A DNA stretch of 64,000 nucleotides. Source: Gammaproteobacteria bacterium. GTDB lineage: Bacteria > Pseudomonadota > Gammaproteobacteria > Steroidobacterales > Foliamicaceae. Below, one piece after another: positions 47,785-57,279 of this stretch. The notes beneath the pieces were generated by a model that was not told the origin of the DNA, did not search any database, and saw nothing but the letters and a program-made list of their open reading frames with translations. The stretch lies in assembly GCA_963666765.1 (NCBI GenBank), contig OY762933.1, positions 129,814-193,813 on the forward strand. Reading direction: 5' to 3'. Numbering within the stretch: the first letter of the stretch is position 1; the number at the start of each line of letters is the position of its first letter. The position numbers and the translations under genes are program-made.

Positions 47785-49146
47785 ATGGGCGCGCTGACCG
47801 AATCCATACTCGACTTCCTGTGCGGCGACCTCCCCGCGCGCGCTCCGGTAGGGGCCCGCCGTGTCGCCATGACCGGGTTCGTCGACTGCCTGGGCGTCGC
47901 CCTGGCCGGAGCGGACCAGCCGGTGACGCGAAATCTGCTCAAGTCCGACGGCGGAGGCAATCTCGAATCCCGCCTGCTGCTCAGCGGCGATCGAATGCCG
48001 GCAGCCGCCGCCGCCCTGATCGGTTCGGCCGCGGCACACGCGCTCGATTTCGATGACTACGCCTTCGCCAATCACACCAGCGCCGTGCTGGTTCCGCCGA
48101 TCCTTGCGGAAGCCGAAGTGGTGCGGGCCTCGGGCGCCAGCATGGTCGAGGCCTACCTGGCGGGGTTCGAAGTCTGGAGCGTCCTGGCGCGGCGTGAGAA
48201 GGACTACATGCAAGGTGCGGGATGGCACCCGACCGGCGTCTATGGACCGGTGGGTGCGGCCGCCGCCCTTTGCCGGCTGCGCGGCATGTCCCGCGGCGAA
48301 ACGCGCAACGCGCTGGGCCTTGCCGCCGCCGCCGGGGGCGGCGTGATGGACAACTTCGGGACCCAGGCCAAGCCCTACCAGGCCGCGCGCGCGGCCGAGG
48401 CCGGCCTTGTGGCGGTTCGGCGCGCGCTGGCCGGACTGGACGCGGGGGCCCACGCGCTGGACGGGGCAGGGGGCCTCCTTCAGGCGGTATCGCCATCCGG
48501 GCGCGTGGACCGCGCCTCGGCGGCGCCGGAACTCGGCCATGATTGGTACATGGCCAGGCACGGGCTGAACATCAAGCCCTACCCAGTGGTGGGCGCGGCG
48601 CAGCGCTGCGTGGACGCGGCCCTGCAACTGCGCGCCGACCACGGACCGGGTCCCGCGGCGATCAGGCGGGCGACTGCGCGCGTCAGCGAGGGACACTCTT
48701 CGGTCATGCAGTTCCGGCTACCGGCCGACGCCATGCAAGCCAAGTTCAGTCTGGAGTTCGCGGTCGCTGCGCCGCTGATCTTCGGACGCCTGGGCCTTGC
48801 GGAAATGCGCGACGATTGTGTGCGGCGGGACGACGTGCAGGCGTTGATGCGCAAGGTGGAGCGCAGGGAAGGCCCGGACGACGATCCGGTTTACCCGGTC
48901 GGGGCGCGCCAGGACACTGTCGGAGTTGTGCTTGACGACGGAACCGAACTCGAGAGCCAACCGGTTCATCGCTACCGGGGGCACGGGCAGAACCCGCTTT
49001 CATCGGGCGAGCTGCGCGCCAAGTTCATGGATTGCGCAACGGCTACCGGCGCAGTTCCGGCTGAACTCGCAGCTGAACTGTTCGAGCAGTTGTCGCGTCT
49101 GGAGGAACTGAACGGTGTTGAGTCTATACCAGAAATGACGATATAA
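47785..49146 (+). CDS. MmgE/PrpD-family protein (2)
   Basis: ATG 47785 gives MGALTESILDFLCGDLPARAP.... SAAAHALDFDDY and WHPTGVYGPVGAAAA are family blocks. Divergent from the hyuA operon. Confidence 0.85.
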   Translation: MGALTESILDFLCGDLPARAPVGARRVAMTGFVDCLGVALAGADQPVTRNLLKSDGGGNLESRLLLSGDRMPAAAAALIGSAAAHALDFDDYAFANHTSAVLVPPILAEAEVVRASGASMVEAYLAGFEVWSVLARREKDYMQGAGWHPTGVYGPVGAAAALCRLRGMSRGETRNALGLAAAAGGGVMDNFGTQAKPYQAARAAEAGLVAVRRALAGLDAGAHALDGAGGLLQAVSPSGRVDRASAAPELGHDWYMARHGLNIKPYPVVGAAQRCVDAALQLRADHGPGPAAIRRATARVSEGHSSVMQFRLPADAMQAKFSLEFAVAAPLIFGRLGLAEMRDDCVRRDDVQALMRKVERREGPDDDPVYPVGARQDTVGVVLDDGTELESQPVHRYRGHGQNPLSSGELRAKFMDCATATGAVPAELAAELFEQLSRLEELNGVESIPEMTI

Positions 49147-49206
49147 AAGAGTGATATATCAATACATTGCTGAGTTATTCTTAATTTTTATTTAAGTTAA
49201 GGGTTA

Positions 49207-50484
49207 CTAGCCCGCCAGCAATTCCTCCAGCGCCGCGGCCACTGCCAGCACCTGCATGTCCGCGAACCGCGCTCCTACGAGTTGTACGCCTACCGGCAGA
49301 CTCGCCGGACCCTTCTGAGCCGGAACCGTCACGCACGGCAGGTGCAGCGCCGTGAACAGCCGGTTGAACGTGGCCTCGCCGTTTCCCTCGCTGCGAAGGA
49401 TCGCTTCACCCGGCACCGAAGCCGTAAGCCAGGCATCGTAATCGGCCAGGCGCTCGTCGAACACCGGGCGCAGGCCGCCGATCCCGTCGTAGGCTTCGGC
49501 CATCAACCGTGGCGTGATCCCGCGGTTGACCTCGACTTCCTCGATGATGTCCTCGTGCAGCCCCTGTTTGCCGGCGCCGTGTTCGGCCAGCAGCGAGATC
49601 CGCGCTTCGCCATGCATGATCACGTCCTGCCACTCGTTCAGGTTGTCGGCGGCCGGGATCTCGTCCACCGTATCTACGGTGTGGCCGGCCTCCGCCAGCT
49701 TCCCGGCGGCGGTCTCTACGGCCGACCGGCTGGCCGGTTCCGCGTCCGGCCAGTAGGGCGTGCGGTACAGCCCGATGCGCAGGCTCCGGCCGTCTTCCGG
49801 CGCCTGCCATTGGCCCAGGTTCAGGACTTCTGCGGTCCGCGCCAGCAGTTCCACGTTCTCCGCCATCCAGCCCACCGTATCGAGGCTGGGCGCGTGCAGC
49901 CACAGTCCCTGCACCGGCACCCGCCCGTAGGTGGGCTTGAATCCGGCCACGCCGCAGAACGACGACGGCCGGATCACCGAGCCGCCGGTTTGCGTCCCCA
50001 GCGCCATGGGCGCCATGCCGGTGGCGACGGCGGCGCCGGAGCCGGCCGACGAGCCTCCAGGGGTGCGCGCGGGGTCATGCGGATTGGTGGTGGGCGGGTC
50101 GCGGCCGATCCCGGCGAATTCAACGGTGTCCGCCTTGCCCAGCAGCACGCAGCCGGCCTGGCGCAGAAGGCGCACGCAGGCGGCGTCCTGCTCGGCCCGG
50201 CGGCCCTCGTAGCGCGGCGAGTTGCGCTGCGTGGGCAGGTCCACGGTATCGATCACGTCCTTTACCGCAAACGGCAGGCCGTGCAGGGCGCTGCGCGGCC
50301 CGCGCAGTTCGCGTTCGCGGTCGCGCGCGCGCGCCTCGCCCAGCGCCCGCTCGGCGTCGAAGGCCGCAAACGCCCGCACTTCCTTCTCGCGCCTCCCGTA
50401 GCGCGCAATGCAACGCTCGACCGCCTGCTCGCTTGACAGCTCTCCGCTCGCCAGCCTGTTCCAGATCCCGCGCTTTACTGCCAT
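49207..50484 (-). CDS. amidase (amidase-signature family)
   Basis: ATG 50484 gives MAVKRGIWNRLASGELSSEQ.... AS motif GGSSAGSGAAVATG. Confidence 0.88.
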   Translation of the reverse strand: MAVKRGIWNRLASGELSSEQAVERCIARYGRREKEVRAFAAFDAERALGEARARDRERELRGPRSALHGLPFAVKDVIDTVDLPTQRNSPRYEGRRAEQDAACVRLLRQAGCVLLGKADTVEFAGIGRDPPTTNPHDPARTPGGSSAGSGAAVATGMAPMALGTQTGGSVIRPSSFCGVAGFKPTYGRVPVQGLWLHAPSLDTVGWMAENVELLARTAEVLNLGQWQAPEDGRSLRIGLYRTPYWPDAEPASRSAVETAAGKLAEAGHTVDTVDEIPAADNLNEWQDVIMHGEARISLLAEHGAGKQGLHEDIIEEVEVNRGITPRLMAEAYDGIGGLRPVFDERLADYDAWLTASVPGEAILRSEGNGEATFNRLFTALHLPCVTVPAQKGPASLPVGVQLVGARFADMQVLAVAAALEELLAG

Positions 50485-50600
50485 GCCGGCATTATTCCAG
50501 CATGGCCGGCATATTGCAGCCGCCGGTTTTGGGGATTGCCGAATATCCTCCATCAGGACAGGGCTTGCGGTTACGATAACGCCCGGATCCGGCCGCAAAG

Positions 50601-51191
50601 ATGGAAATCAAGGGAGAACAAAGCCTGGCGCACCCGCGGGAAGACGTGTGGGCGGCGCTCATCGATCCCGAAGTCCTGGGCGCCTGCGTGCCTGGTTGCC
50701 AATCGTTTGAAAGGGTTGGCGAGAATCAGTACCGCGCTTCCATGCAGGCCGATATCGGCCCGGTCAGCGCACGATTCGCCGTCGAAATCCGGATTGCCGA
50801 TCCGGACCCGCCACGCTCGTACCGGCTGGAAGGCAGCGCCAGGGCGCCGGTCGGATTCGGCCGGGGCCAGGCCGACGTGCGCCTGGAAGAAGACGGCAAG
50901 GGCGGAACCGCGCTCAGCTATTCAGCGAAGTTGCAACTCGGAGGAAAACTCGCACAGGTCGGGTCCCGCCTTCTGTCGGGCATAACGCGGAAGATTGCCG
51001 CCAACTTCTTCGAGCGTTTCGCGCGGGTGCTCGACGGCAAGTTGCCGGCCGGCGCGGCGGCGAAACGGACCGGCGAATCGCAGTTCGGGACCGCGGTTCG
51101 TCGACTTTGGGAGAACCGTGCGTTGCGCTGGGTGGCCCTGGCCGTACTGATCGTCCTGGGCGCGCTGGCTGTTTTGCTGTCGTTGACCTGA
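50601..51191 (+). CDS. coxG: SRPBCC/CoxG-family protein with C-terminal membrane anchor
   Basis: 196 aa. MEIKGEQSLAHPREDVWAALIDPEVLGACVPGCQSFERVGENQY is CoxG-like. Hydrophobic tail WVALAVLIVLGALAVLL. Confidence 0.8.
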   Translation: MEIKGEQSLAHPREDVWAALIDPEVLGACVPGCQSFERVGENQYRASMQADIGPVSARFAVEIRIADPDPPRSYRLEGSARAPVGFGRGQADVRLEEDGKGGTALSYSAKLQLGGKLAQVGSRLLSGITRKIAANFFERFARVLDGKLPAGAAAKRTGESQFGTAVRRLWENRALRWVALAVLIVLGALAVLLSLT

Positions 51192-51363
51192 TGATTTTTC
51201 GCGGGGAGAAGATTCATTCCCGCACTCGATTTATGGAGGGCCCGGGGATACTCTCGCGCCTCGCATATGGAAGCGTTATGATCGGCAGTGCTGTGCCGGA
51301 ACAGCACAGTCGGCCCCGGCGATAGCCGGAAAAAATGTATTCGTAAGTTAAGGAGGGGCTGGA

Positions 51364-51843
51364 ATGGACGCAAAGGTTTCGTTCACGCTGAACGGCAAGA
51401 GCGTCGATGCCGAGACTACCGGCGCGACGCTGCTGGTGGATCTGCTTCGCAACCATTTCGGACTGACCGGCGCCCACGTGGGTTGCGACACCAGCCAGTG
51501 CGGCGCCTGCGTGGTTCATGTCGACGGCGTCTCGGTCAAGAGCTGCACCATGCTGGCGGCGCAGGCCGAGGGGCGAACGGTAGAGACGATCGAGGGCCTG
51601 GCCAGCAACGGCGAACTGCATCCCGTTCAGCAGGCGTTTCATGAGCACCATGCCCTGCAATGCGGATTCTGCACGCCGGGCATGATCATGAGCGCGGTCG
51701 ATCTGCTGCGCCGAAACCCGCGGCCCAGCGAAGTCGAAGTGCGTGACTGGCTGGAGGGCAATATATGCCGCTGCACCGGCTATCACAACATCGTGAAGGC
51801 CGTGCGCGCGGCGGCGGCCGCAATGGGTGAGGAGGCGTCATGA
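51364..51843 (+). CDS. coxS: (2Fe-2S)-binding small subunit of a molybdo-flavoenzyme
   Basis: 159 aa. [16 protein letters not shown] and [11 protein letters not shown]...GNICRCTGY cluster motifs. Confidence 0.92.
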   Translation: MDAKVSFTLNGKSVDAETTGATLLVDLLRNHFGLTGAHVGCDTSQCGACVVHVDGVSVKSCTMLAAQAEGRTVETIEGLASNGELHPVQQAFHEHHALQCGFCTPGMIMSAVDLLRRNPRPSEVEVRDWLEGNICRCTGYHNIVKAVRAAAAAMGEEAS

Positions 51844-54236
51844 GCGGCGAAATGGGAATCGGCGTCTCGGCGCCACGCACCGAGGACCGGCGCTTCATTA
51901 CCGGCAGGGGCCGGTATGTTGACGACATCAACCTGCGTTCGCAGCAATATGCCTGGTTCGTTCGCTCCCCCCACCCGCATGCCGAGGTGCGCGGCGTGGA
52001 CGCGGCGGACGCATTGAAGATGCCGGGCGTTACGGCCGTGCTGACGGGAGCCGACATGCAGGCCGACGGTGTCGGGCCTCTGCCCGTGGCCTGGGGCATA
52101 ACCAGCAGGGACGGCTCGCCCGCCTTTGAGCCCGAATTTCCGGGGCTGGCCACCGATCGTGTGCGCTACGTGGGCAACGCGGTGGCGGTGGTCGTGGCCG
52201 AGTCGCGGTCCCAGGCCCGGGATGCCGCCGAGATGGTGAGCGTGGACTATGGGGAACTGGAGTCCGTGGCCAGCGCAACGGCCGCGCTGGAGGAAGGCGC
52301 CCCCCAGATTCATGAAGGCGCGCCCGGCAACCTGTGCTTCGACTGGGAGTGGCTGCCGGCGGCCATGGCGCCGGACGCCAGGGCGAACACGGACAAGGCC
52401 TTCAAGGAGGCCGCGCACGTCGTATCGCTGGAACTGGTCAACAACCGCCTGGTTCCGAACGCCATGGAACCCCGCGCCAGCCTGGCGGACTTCAATCCCG
52501 CCACCGGTCAGCTCACGCTGTACACCACCAGCCAGAACCCGCACGTCAACCGCCTGCTCTTGTGCACCGCCACGCTGAAGATGCCGGAGCACAAGGTGCG
52601 GGTCGTGGCGCCGGACGTCGGCGGCGGCTTCGGGTCGAAAATCTATCACTACGCCGAAGAGCTGACTGTGTGCTGGGCCTCGCGGCGGCTGGGCGTGCCG
52701 GTGAAGTGGACCGCCGAGCGCAGCGAGTCGTTTCTGACCGATGCGCAGGCGCGCGACCATGTGACCCGCGTGGAACTGGCGCTGGATGCCGAGGCGCGGT
52801 TCACCGGCCTGCGGGTGGACACCATCGCCAACCTGGGCGGATGGCTGTCGGCCTTCGGTCCGGCCATTCCCACGGTGTTCTATGCGCCGTTGCTGGCTGG
52901 GGTCTACAAGACACCCAACGTCTACGTCACCGTCAAGGGCGTGTTCACCAACACCACGCCGACCGATGCGTACCGGGGCGCCGGGCGTCCGGAAGCCTGC
53001 TACGCGGTGGAGAGGGTCGTGGAAGAAGCCGCGGTGCAGCTCGACATGGACCCGGCCGAACTGCGCCGGCTGAATTTCATCCAGCCCGACGAGTTTCCCT
53101 ACCAGTCACCGGTCGGGCAGCTCTACGACTCGGGCGATTTTGAAGGCTGCCTGGATCTCGCCAGCAAGCTGAACGCCTACGACGAGTTTCCCGAGCGGCG
53201 GAGACAGAGCGAGAAAAGGGGCAAGCTGCGCGGCCGCGGCATGTGCTTCTACATCGAAGCCTGCGGCGCCGCGCCTTCGCAGGCCGCCGGGCAACTCGGC
53301 GCGCGCGCCGGGCTCTACGAGGTAGCCACCGTTCGGGTGCATCCCACCGGCAGCGTGCAGGTACTGACCGGGGCTCACAGCCACGGGCAGAGCCATGAGA
53401 CCACCTTCGCGCAGATCGTCGCGGAGCGCCTGGGCATCGATTTCGGCAATGTGGAAGTGGTTCACGGCGACACCGGCGAAATCCCGTTCGGAATGGGGAC
53501 CTTTGGCTCGCGTTCCCTGGCCGTCGGCGGAACCGCCCTTTACAAGGCCATCGACAAGGTGGAGGAGAAGGGACGCAAGATCGCCGCCCACTTGCTCGAA
53601 GCGGAGGCCGACGATATCGAGTTCACCGAGGGCGAGTACCGGGTGGCCGGCACCGACCGTGCGGTGTCCTTCGGGGATGTCGCGCTGGCGGCGTACGTGC
53701 CGCACAACTATCCGCTGCAGGAACTGGAGCCGGGGCTGGAAGAGACCGCGTTTTTCGATCCGGAGAATTTCACCTTCCCGTCCGGATGCTACATCTGCGA
53801 GGTGGAAGTGGACCGGCAAACCGGCCAGGTCGATCTGCGCGATTTCGTTGCCGCCGACGACTTCGGCAACATCATCAACCCAATGGTGGTGGAAGGCCAG
53901 GTGCACGGCGGGCTGGCGCAGGGCATCGGGCAGGCGCTGCTGGAGCATTGCCTGTATACGCCCGAAGGCCAGTTGCTCAGTGGTTCGTACATGGACTACT
54001 GCATGCCGCGTGCCGACGATTTGCCGAATTTCGTCGTGGCGACGCGCTGTACGCCCACACCCTTCAACCCACTGGGCGTCAAGGGTTGCGGCGAAGCTGG
54101 CGCGATCGGCGCGCCGCCGGCGGTCATCAATGCCGTTCTCGACGCGCTGCGCCCGCTGGGCGTCAGGCATATCGACATGCCGGCCACGCCGCAGGCCGTG
54201 TGGCAGGCGATACAGTCCGCGCGGTCCGGCGGGTAG
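51840..54236 (+). CDS. coxL: xanthine-dehydrogenase-family molybdopterin-binding large subunit, form-II CoxL-like
   Basis: 798 aa. Active-site loop AYRGAGR at 52968..52988, not the AYRCSFR of bona fide CO dehydrogenases. Confidence 0.88.
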   Translation: MSGEMGIGVSAPRTEDRRFITGRGRYVDDINLRSQQYAWFVRSPHPHAEVRGVDAADALKMPGVTAVLTGADMQADGVGPLPVAWGITSRDGSPAFEPEFPGLATDRVRYVGNAVAVVVAESRSQARDAAEMVSVDYGELESVASATAALEEGAPQIHEGAPGNLCFDWEWLPAAMAPDARANTDKAFKEAAHVVSLELVNNRLVPNAMEPRASLADFNPATGQLTLYTTSQNPHVNRLLLCTATLKMPEHKVRVVAPDVGGGFGSKIYHYAEELTVCWASRRLGVPVKWTAERSESFLTDAQARDHVTRVELALDAEARFTGLRVDTIANLGGWLSAFGPAIPTVFYAPLLAGVYKTPNVYVTVKGVFTNTTPTDAYRGAGRPEACYAVERVVEEAAVQLDMDPAELRRLNFIQPDEFPYQSPVGQLYDSGDFEGCLDLASKLNAYDEFPERRRQSEKRGKLRGRGMCFYIEACGAAPSQAAGQLGARAGLYEVATVRVHPTGSVQVLTGAHSHGQSHETTFAQIVAERLGIDFGNVEVVHGDTGEIPFGMGTFGSRSLAVGGTALYKAIDKVEEKGRKIAAHLLEAEADDIEFTEGEYRVAGTDRAVSFGDVALAAYVPHNYPLQELEPGLEETAFFDPENFTFPSGCYICEVEVDRQTGQVDLRDFVAADDFGNIINPMVVEGQVHGGLAQGIGQALLEHCLYTPEGQLLSGSYMDYCMPRADDLPNFVVATRCTPTPFNPLGVKGCGEAGAIGAPPAVINAVLDALRPLGVRHIDMPATPQAVWQAIQSARSGG

Positions 54237-54250
54237 AGGAGGATAGAGCG

Positions 54251-55048
54251 ATGCGCGAATTCAATTACTACCGCGCGGGTTCCGTGCGCGACGCGGCCAA
54301 GCGCCTGAGCGCGAGCGGGAACGCCATGCTGCTGGCCGGCGGAATGACACTGTTGCCGGCGCTCAAGATGCGCCTGAATCAACCCGGGGAACTGATCGAC
54401 CTGGCCGATCTCGGCGAACTCAAGGGCATCAGGCTGAGCCGCAAGGGCGCGCAGGTCGGCGCCATGACCACCCATGCGGAGGTTGCGGAGAACGTGGAGT
54501 TGCGCGCCGCGATTCCGGTCCTGCCGCATGCGGCGGAATCGATCGGCGATCCGCAGGTGCGCAACCGTGGAACGCTGGGCGGTTCGCTGGCCAACAACGA
54601 TCCCGCGGCCGACTACCCGGCGGTTGCGCTGGGACTGGGCGCCACCATCATCACCAACAAGCGCAAGATTTCCGCGGACGACTTCTTTACCGGGATGTTC
54701 GAGACGGCGCTGGGACGCGGAGAGATGGTCACCCAGGTGCTGTTCCCGATACCGCAGCAAGCGGGCTACGCGAAGTTCCCCAATCCCGCCACGCGCTACG
54801 CGCTGGTGGGCGTTTGCGTGGCGCAGTTCAAGACGGGTGTTCGGGTGGCCGTGACCGGCGCCGGCGCATCGGTTTACCGCCTGGAGGATTTTGAGGACGC
54901 GCTGAGTGACGAGTTCTCCGAAGTCGCGCTGGACGGGTTGACCGCTTCCTCGGCGAGCCTGAACGACGACATGCATGCTGGCGCCGATTACCGTGCGCAC
55001 CTGGTGGGCGTCATGGCCCGCCGCGCCGTTGCAATGGCCCTCGACTGA
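54251..55048 (+). CDS. coxM: FAD-binding medium subunit of a molybdo-flavoenzyme
   Basis: ATG 54251 gives MREFNYYRAGSVRDAAKRLSASGNAMLLAGGMTLLPALKMR, typical of CoxM/FAD_binding_5. Confidence 0.9.
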   Translation: MREFNYYRAGSVRDAAKRLSASGNAMLLAGGMTLLPALKMRLNQPGELIDLADLGELKGIRLSRKGAQVGAMTTHAEVAENVELRAAIPVLPHAAESIGDPQVRNRGTLGGSLANNDPAADYPAVALGLGATIITNKRKISADDFFTGMFETALGRGEMVTQVLFPIPQQAGYAKFPNPATRYALVGVCVAQFKTGVRVAVTGAGASVYRLEDFEDALSDEFSEVALDGLTASSASLNDDMHAGADYRAHLVGVMARRAVAMALD

Positions 55049-55057
55049 GGTTCGGCG

Positions 55058-55115
55058 CTCCTCCGGGAGCGAAGGCGTCTCGCCTTCGACGAGGGCGGAC
55101 GCCCTCGCTTCCGGG
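55058..55115. repeat. REP-like element (copy 10)
   Basis: CTCCGGGAGCGAAGGCGTCTCGCCTTCGACGAGGGCGGACGCCCTCGCTTCCGGG. Two hairpins nested in a GGGAGCGA/TCGCTTCC outer stem. Confidence 0.7.
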
Positions 55116-55124
55116 CAGGTGGAT

Positions 55125-56018
55125 ATGAATATGAACGCGTTACCGGAGTCCGTGGAGCAGGTTCACGGTCTGCTGGAAGGGCAGGACTACATCGCCGGCG
55201 AGCGCCTGAGCACTGCCGTTTTTCTGGCGCTAAGCCTCAAGCGCCCGCTTTTCCTGGAGGGAGAGGCCGGTGTCGGCAAGACGGAACTGGCCGTCGTGCT
55301 GGCCGCGGCGCTCAAGCGCCGCCTCATCCGCCTGCAGTGCCATGAGGGCCTGGACCTGGCCGGGGCGGCGTACGAATGGAACCATGCGCGGCAGATTCTG
55401 GCCATTCGTCTGGCCGAGGCGGAGGAGCGCGTGGACGATATGTCCGGGGACCTCTATTCGCGCGAGTTTCTGATCGAACGCCCGCTGCTCGAGGCGCTTT
55501 CGCCCTGTCCGGAGGGACCGCCGGTGCTTCTGGTTGACGAACTGGACCGGGCCGACGAGCCGTTTGAGGCCTATCTCCTCGAATTTCTGTCCGATTTTCG
55601 TATGAGCATTCCCGAACTGGGAGAGATCCGGGCGCCTGAGGCGCCCATCGTGGTGCTGACTTCCAATCGCACCCGCGAGGTGCACGACGCGCTCAAGCGC
55701 CGCTGCCTGTACTGCTGGCTGGACTACCCGACGCAATCCGCCGAGGACCGCATACTTCAGGCCCGCGTGCCGGGACTGCCCGATGCCCTTCGCGCCAGAG
55801 TTGTCGGCTTCGTCCAGGGCCTGCGCAAGGAAGGCCTGTTCAAGTCGCCGGGCGTGTCGGAGACGCTGGATTGGGCGGAATCGCTCATGGCCATGGGCGC
55901 CCGCGAAGTCGATACGAAAGCGGTCTCGGAAACGCTCGGCGCCCTGCTCAAGTACCAGGAGGACCTGGAGCAGGTCGACGAGTCCGTTGTCGACCGGCTC
56001 CTCGCAGCCTCAGTGTGA
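55125..56018 (+). CDS. coxD: MoxR-family AAA+ ATPase (CoxD-like)
   Basis: ATG 55125. Walker A GEAGVGKT, Walker B VLLVDELDRA. Confidence 0.9.
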   Translation: MNMNALPESVEQVHGLLEGQDYIAGERLSTAVFLALSLKRPLFLEGEAGVGKTELAVVLAAALKRRLIRLQCHEGLDLAGAAYEWNHARQILAIRLAEAEERVDDMSGDLYSREFLIERPLLEALSPCPEGPPVLLVDELDRADEPFEAYLLEFLSDFRMSIPELGEIRAPEAPIVVLTSNRTREVHDALKRRCLYCWLDYPTQSAEDRILQARVPGLPDALRARVVGFVQGLRKEGLFKSPGVSETLDWAESLMAMGAREVDTKAVSETLGALLKYQEDLEQVDESVVDRLLAASV

Positions 56019-57184
56019 TCAAGCGGGACGCTCTCGCTCCCGGGAGGAGCGACCCGGCCCTGTCGCATCGCATCGTCAGTTTCGTGCGCACGCTGCGCGC
56101 CGCGGGTTTGCCGCTGGGCGTGGGCAAGAGCGCGCTGGCGCTTGAGGCCGCGAAGCGCATCGACATCGGCAACCGCGCCGAGTTCTCCGCTGCGCTGCGC
56201 TCGGTCCTGACCGTCAGTCCCGCCGAGGGCGTGCTGTTCGATTGCGCTTTTCCCATGTTCTTCGGCAACTCCGCGGCCTTTGCGCGGCTTGGCGACCTGC
56301 ATGAGCTCGGTCTGCGTTCTCTGGGCGACGTCAAGCCCCCGCCGGGAGCCCTGCGCCTGCTGCGCGCCATGGACAGCGCATCCAACCTGATTGCCGCGCC
56401 CGGCGCCCAGCGGGCCATTGCGGGCGCCGGCTATTCGCCGCAGGAACGGCTCGCCTCCAGGGACTTCGCCCAGATGACGCCGGAGGAACAGGACCAGGCG
56501 CGCGAACTGCTGCGGCGCGGCGTGCTCTGTCCCAGGCGCAAGGGAAGGCGATACAAGGCCGCCGCGCATGGAGCGCGGATCGACCTGCAGGCCACTTTGC
56601 GGGCGGGCCTCGCGTCCGGCGGCGAGCTGGCGCAACTGAAGCGCAAGACGCGCCGTGACGAACCCATGTCGCTGGTGCTGCTGTTCGACGTTTCAGGCTC
56701 CATGACCACCTATGCACGCATGGCCATCCATTTCGCCCACGCGCTGTGCAGCGCCCGCCGCAACGTCGAAGTGTTCGTTTTTGCAACCCGCCTGACCCGG
56801 GTGACCCGCGAACTGCGCGGGCGGGATGGGGACGTGGCGACCGCCGCGGCGCTCGCGGCCGCCCCGGACTGGGAAGGGGGCACGCGCATCGCGTCCGCCA
56901 TTGGCCAGTTCAACCGGCAATGGTCGCGGCGGGTGCTGGCCCGGCCCGGCATGGTGCTGCTGTTCAGCGATGGCCTGGAGCGGGCCTACGTCGAAGAACT
57001 GCGTTTCGAGGCGGCGCGCCTGCGGCGATCCTGCAAGCGCCTGGTATGGCTGAATCCGCTGCTGGGCTATAAGGGTTTCCAGCCGCGGGCCCGCGGCGTG
57101 CTTGCGCTGCTGCCCGCCGTGCACGAGCATCGCGCGGCCCATAACGTCGAAAGCCTGCTGGGGCTTGCCGACGCGTTAGAGTAG
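56015..57184 (+). CDS. coxE: VWA-domain protein (CoxE-like)
   Basis: GTG 56015 overlaps the coxD stop (GTGA). MIDAS motif LLFDVSGSM. The last ~68 codons are duplicated at 62962..63174. Confidence 0.85.
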   Translation: MIKRDALAPGRSDPALSHRIVSFVRTLRAAGLPLGVGKSALALEAAKRIDIGNRAEFSAALRSVLTVSPAEGVLFDCAFPMFFGNSAAFARLGDLHELGLRSLGDVKPPPGALRLLRAMDSASNLIAAPGAQRAIAGAGYSPQERLASRDFAQMTPEEQDQARELLRRGVLCPRRKGRRYKAAAHGARIDLQATLRAGLASGGELAQLKRKTRRDEPMSLVLLFDVSGSMTTYARMAIHFAHALCSARRNVEVFVFATRLTRVTRELRGRDGDVATAAALAAAPDWEGGTRIASAIGQFNRQWSRRVLARPGMVLLFSDGLERAYVEELRFEAARLRRSCKRLVWLNPLLGYKGFQPRARGVLALLPAVHEHRAAHNVESLLGLADALE

Positions 57185-57279
57185 GCCGCTACACTTGCGC
57201 TGTAGAGTGGAGAACCATCAAGATCAGCACATTTCCATTGCCATAGTCACCGGAATGCCCCACAAGCTGGAATTTCCTG

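Noticed and set aside
45559-48696. A 1045-aa ORF suggesting a giant HyuA with a long N-terminal extension
   Set aside because: The extension is antisense to the PrpD-like gene at 47785..49146 and is Arg/Gly/Pro-rich, as expected for a GC-rich out-of-frame read. The canonical HyuA N-terminus (ARIGIDIGGTFTD) begins at in-frame TTG 47676.
51192-51363. Hairpin GTGCTGT-N6-ACAGCAC between coxG and coxS as a terminator
   Set aside because: It has only a 7-bp stem with no following T-run. The genes are likely co-transcribed, so there is insufficient evidence for a functional terminator.
51840-54236. Calling the large subunit a true aerobic CO dehydrogenase
   Set aside because: The active-site loop reads AYRGAGR, not AYRCSFR, so only a form-II/CoxL-like molybdoenzyme of unknown substrate can be claimed.
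1089-56056. Whether the recurring GC-rich palindromes could be a CRISPR array
   Set aside because: The copies are scattered over 55 kb at gene junctions, vary in length and orientation, and lack regular repeat-spacer periodicity. No cas genes are present.
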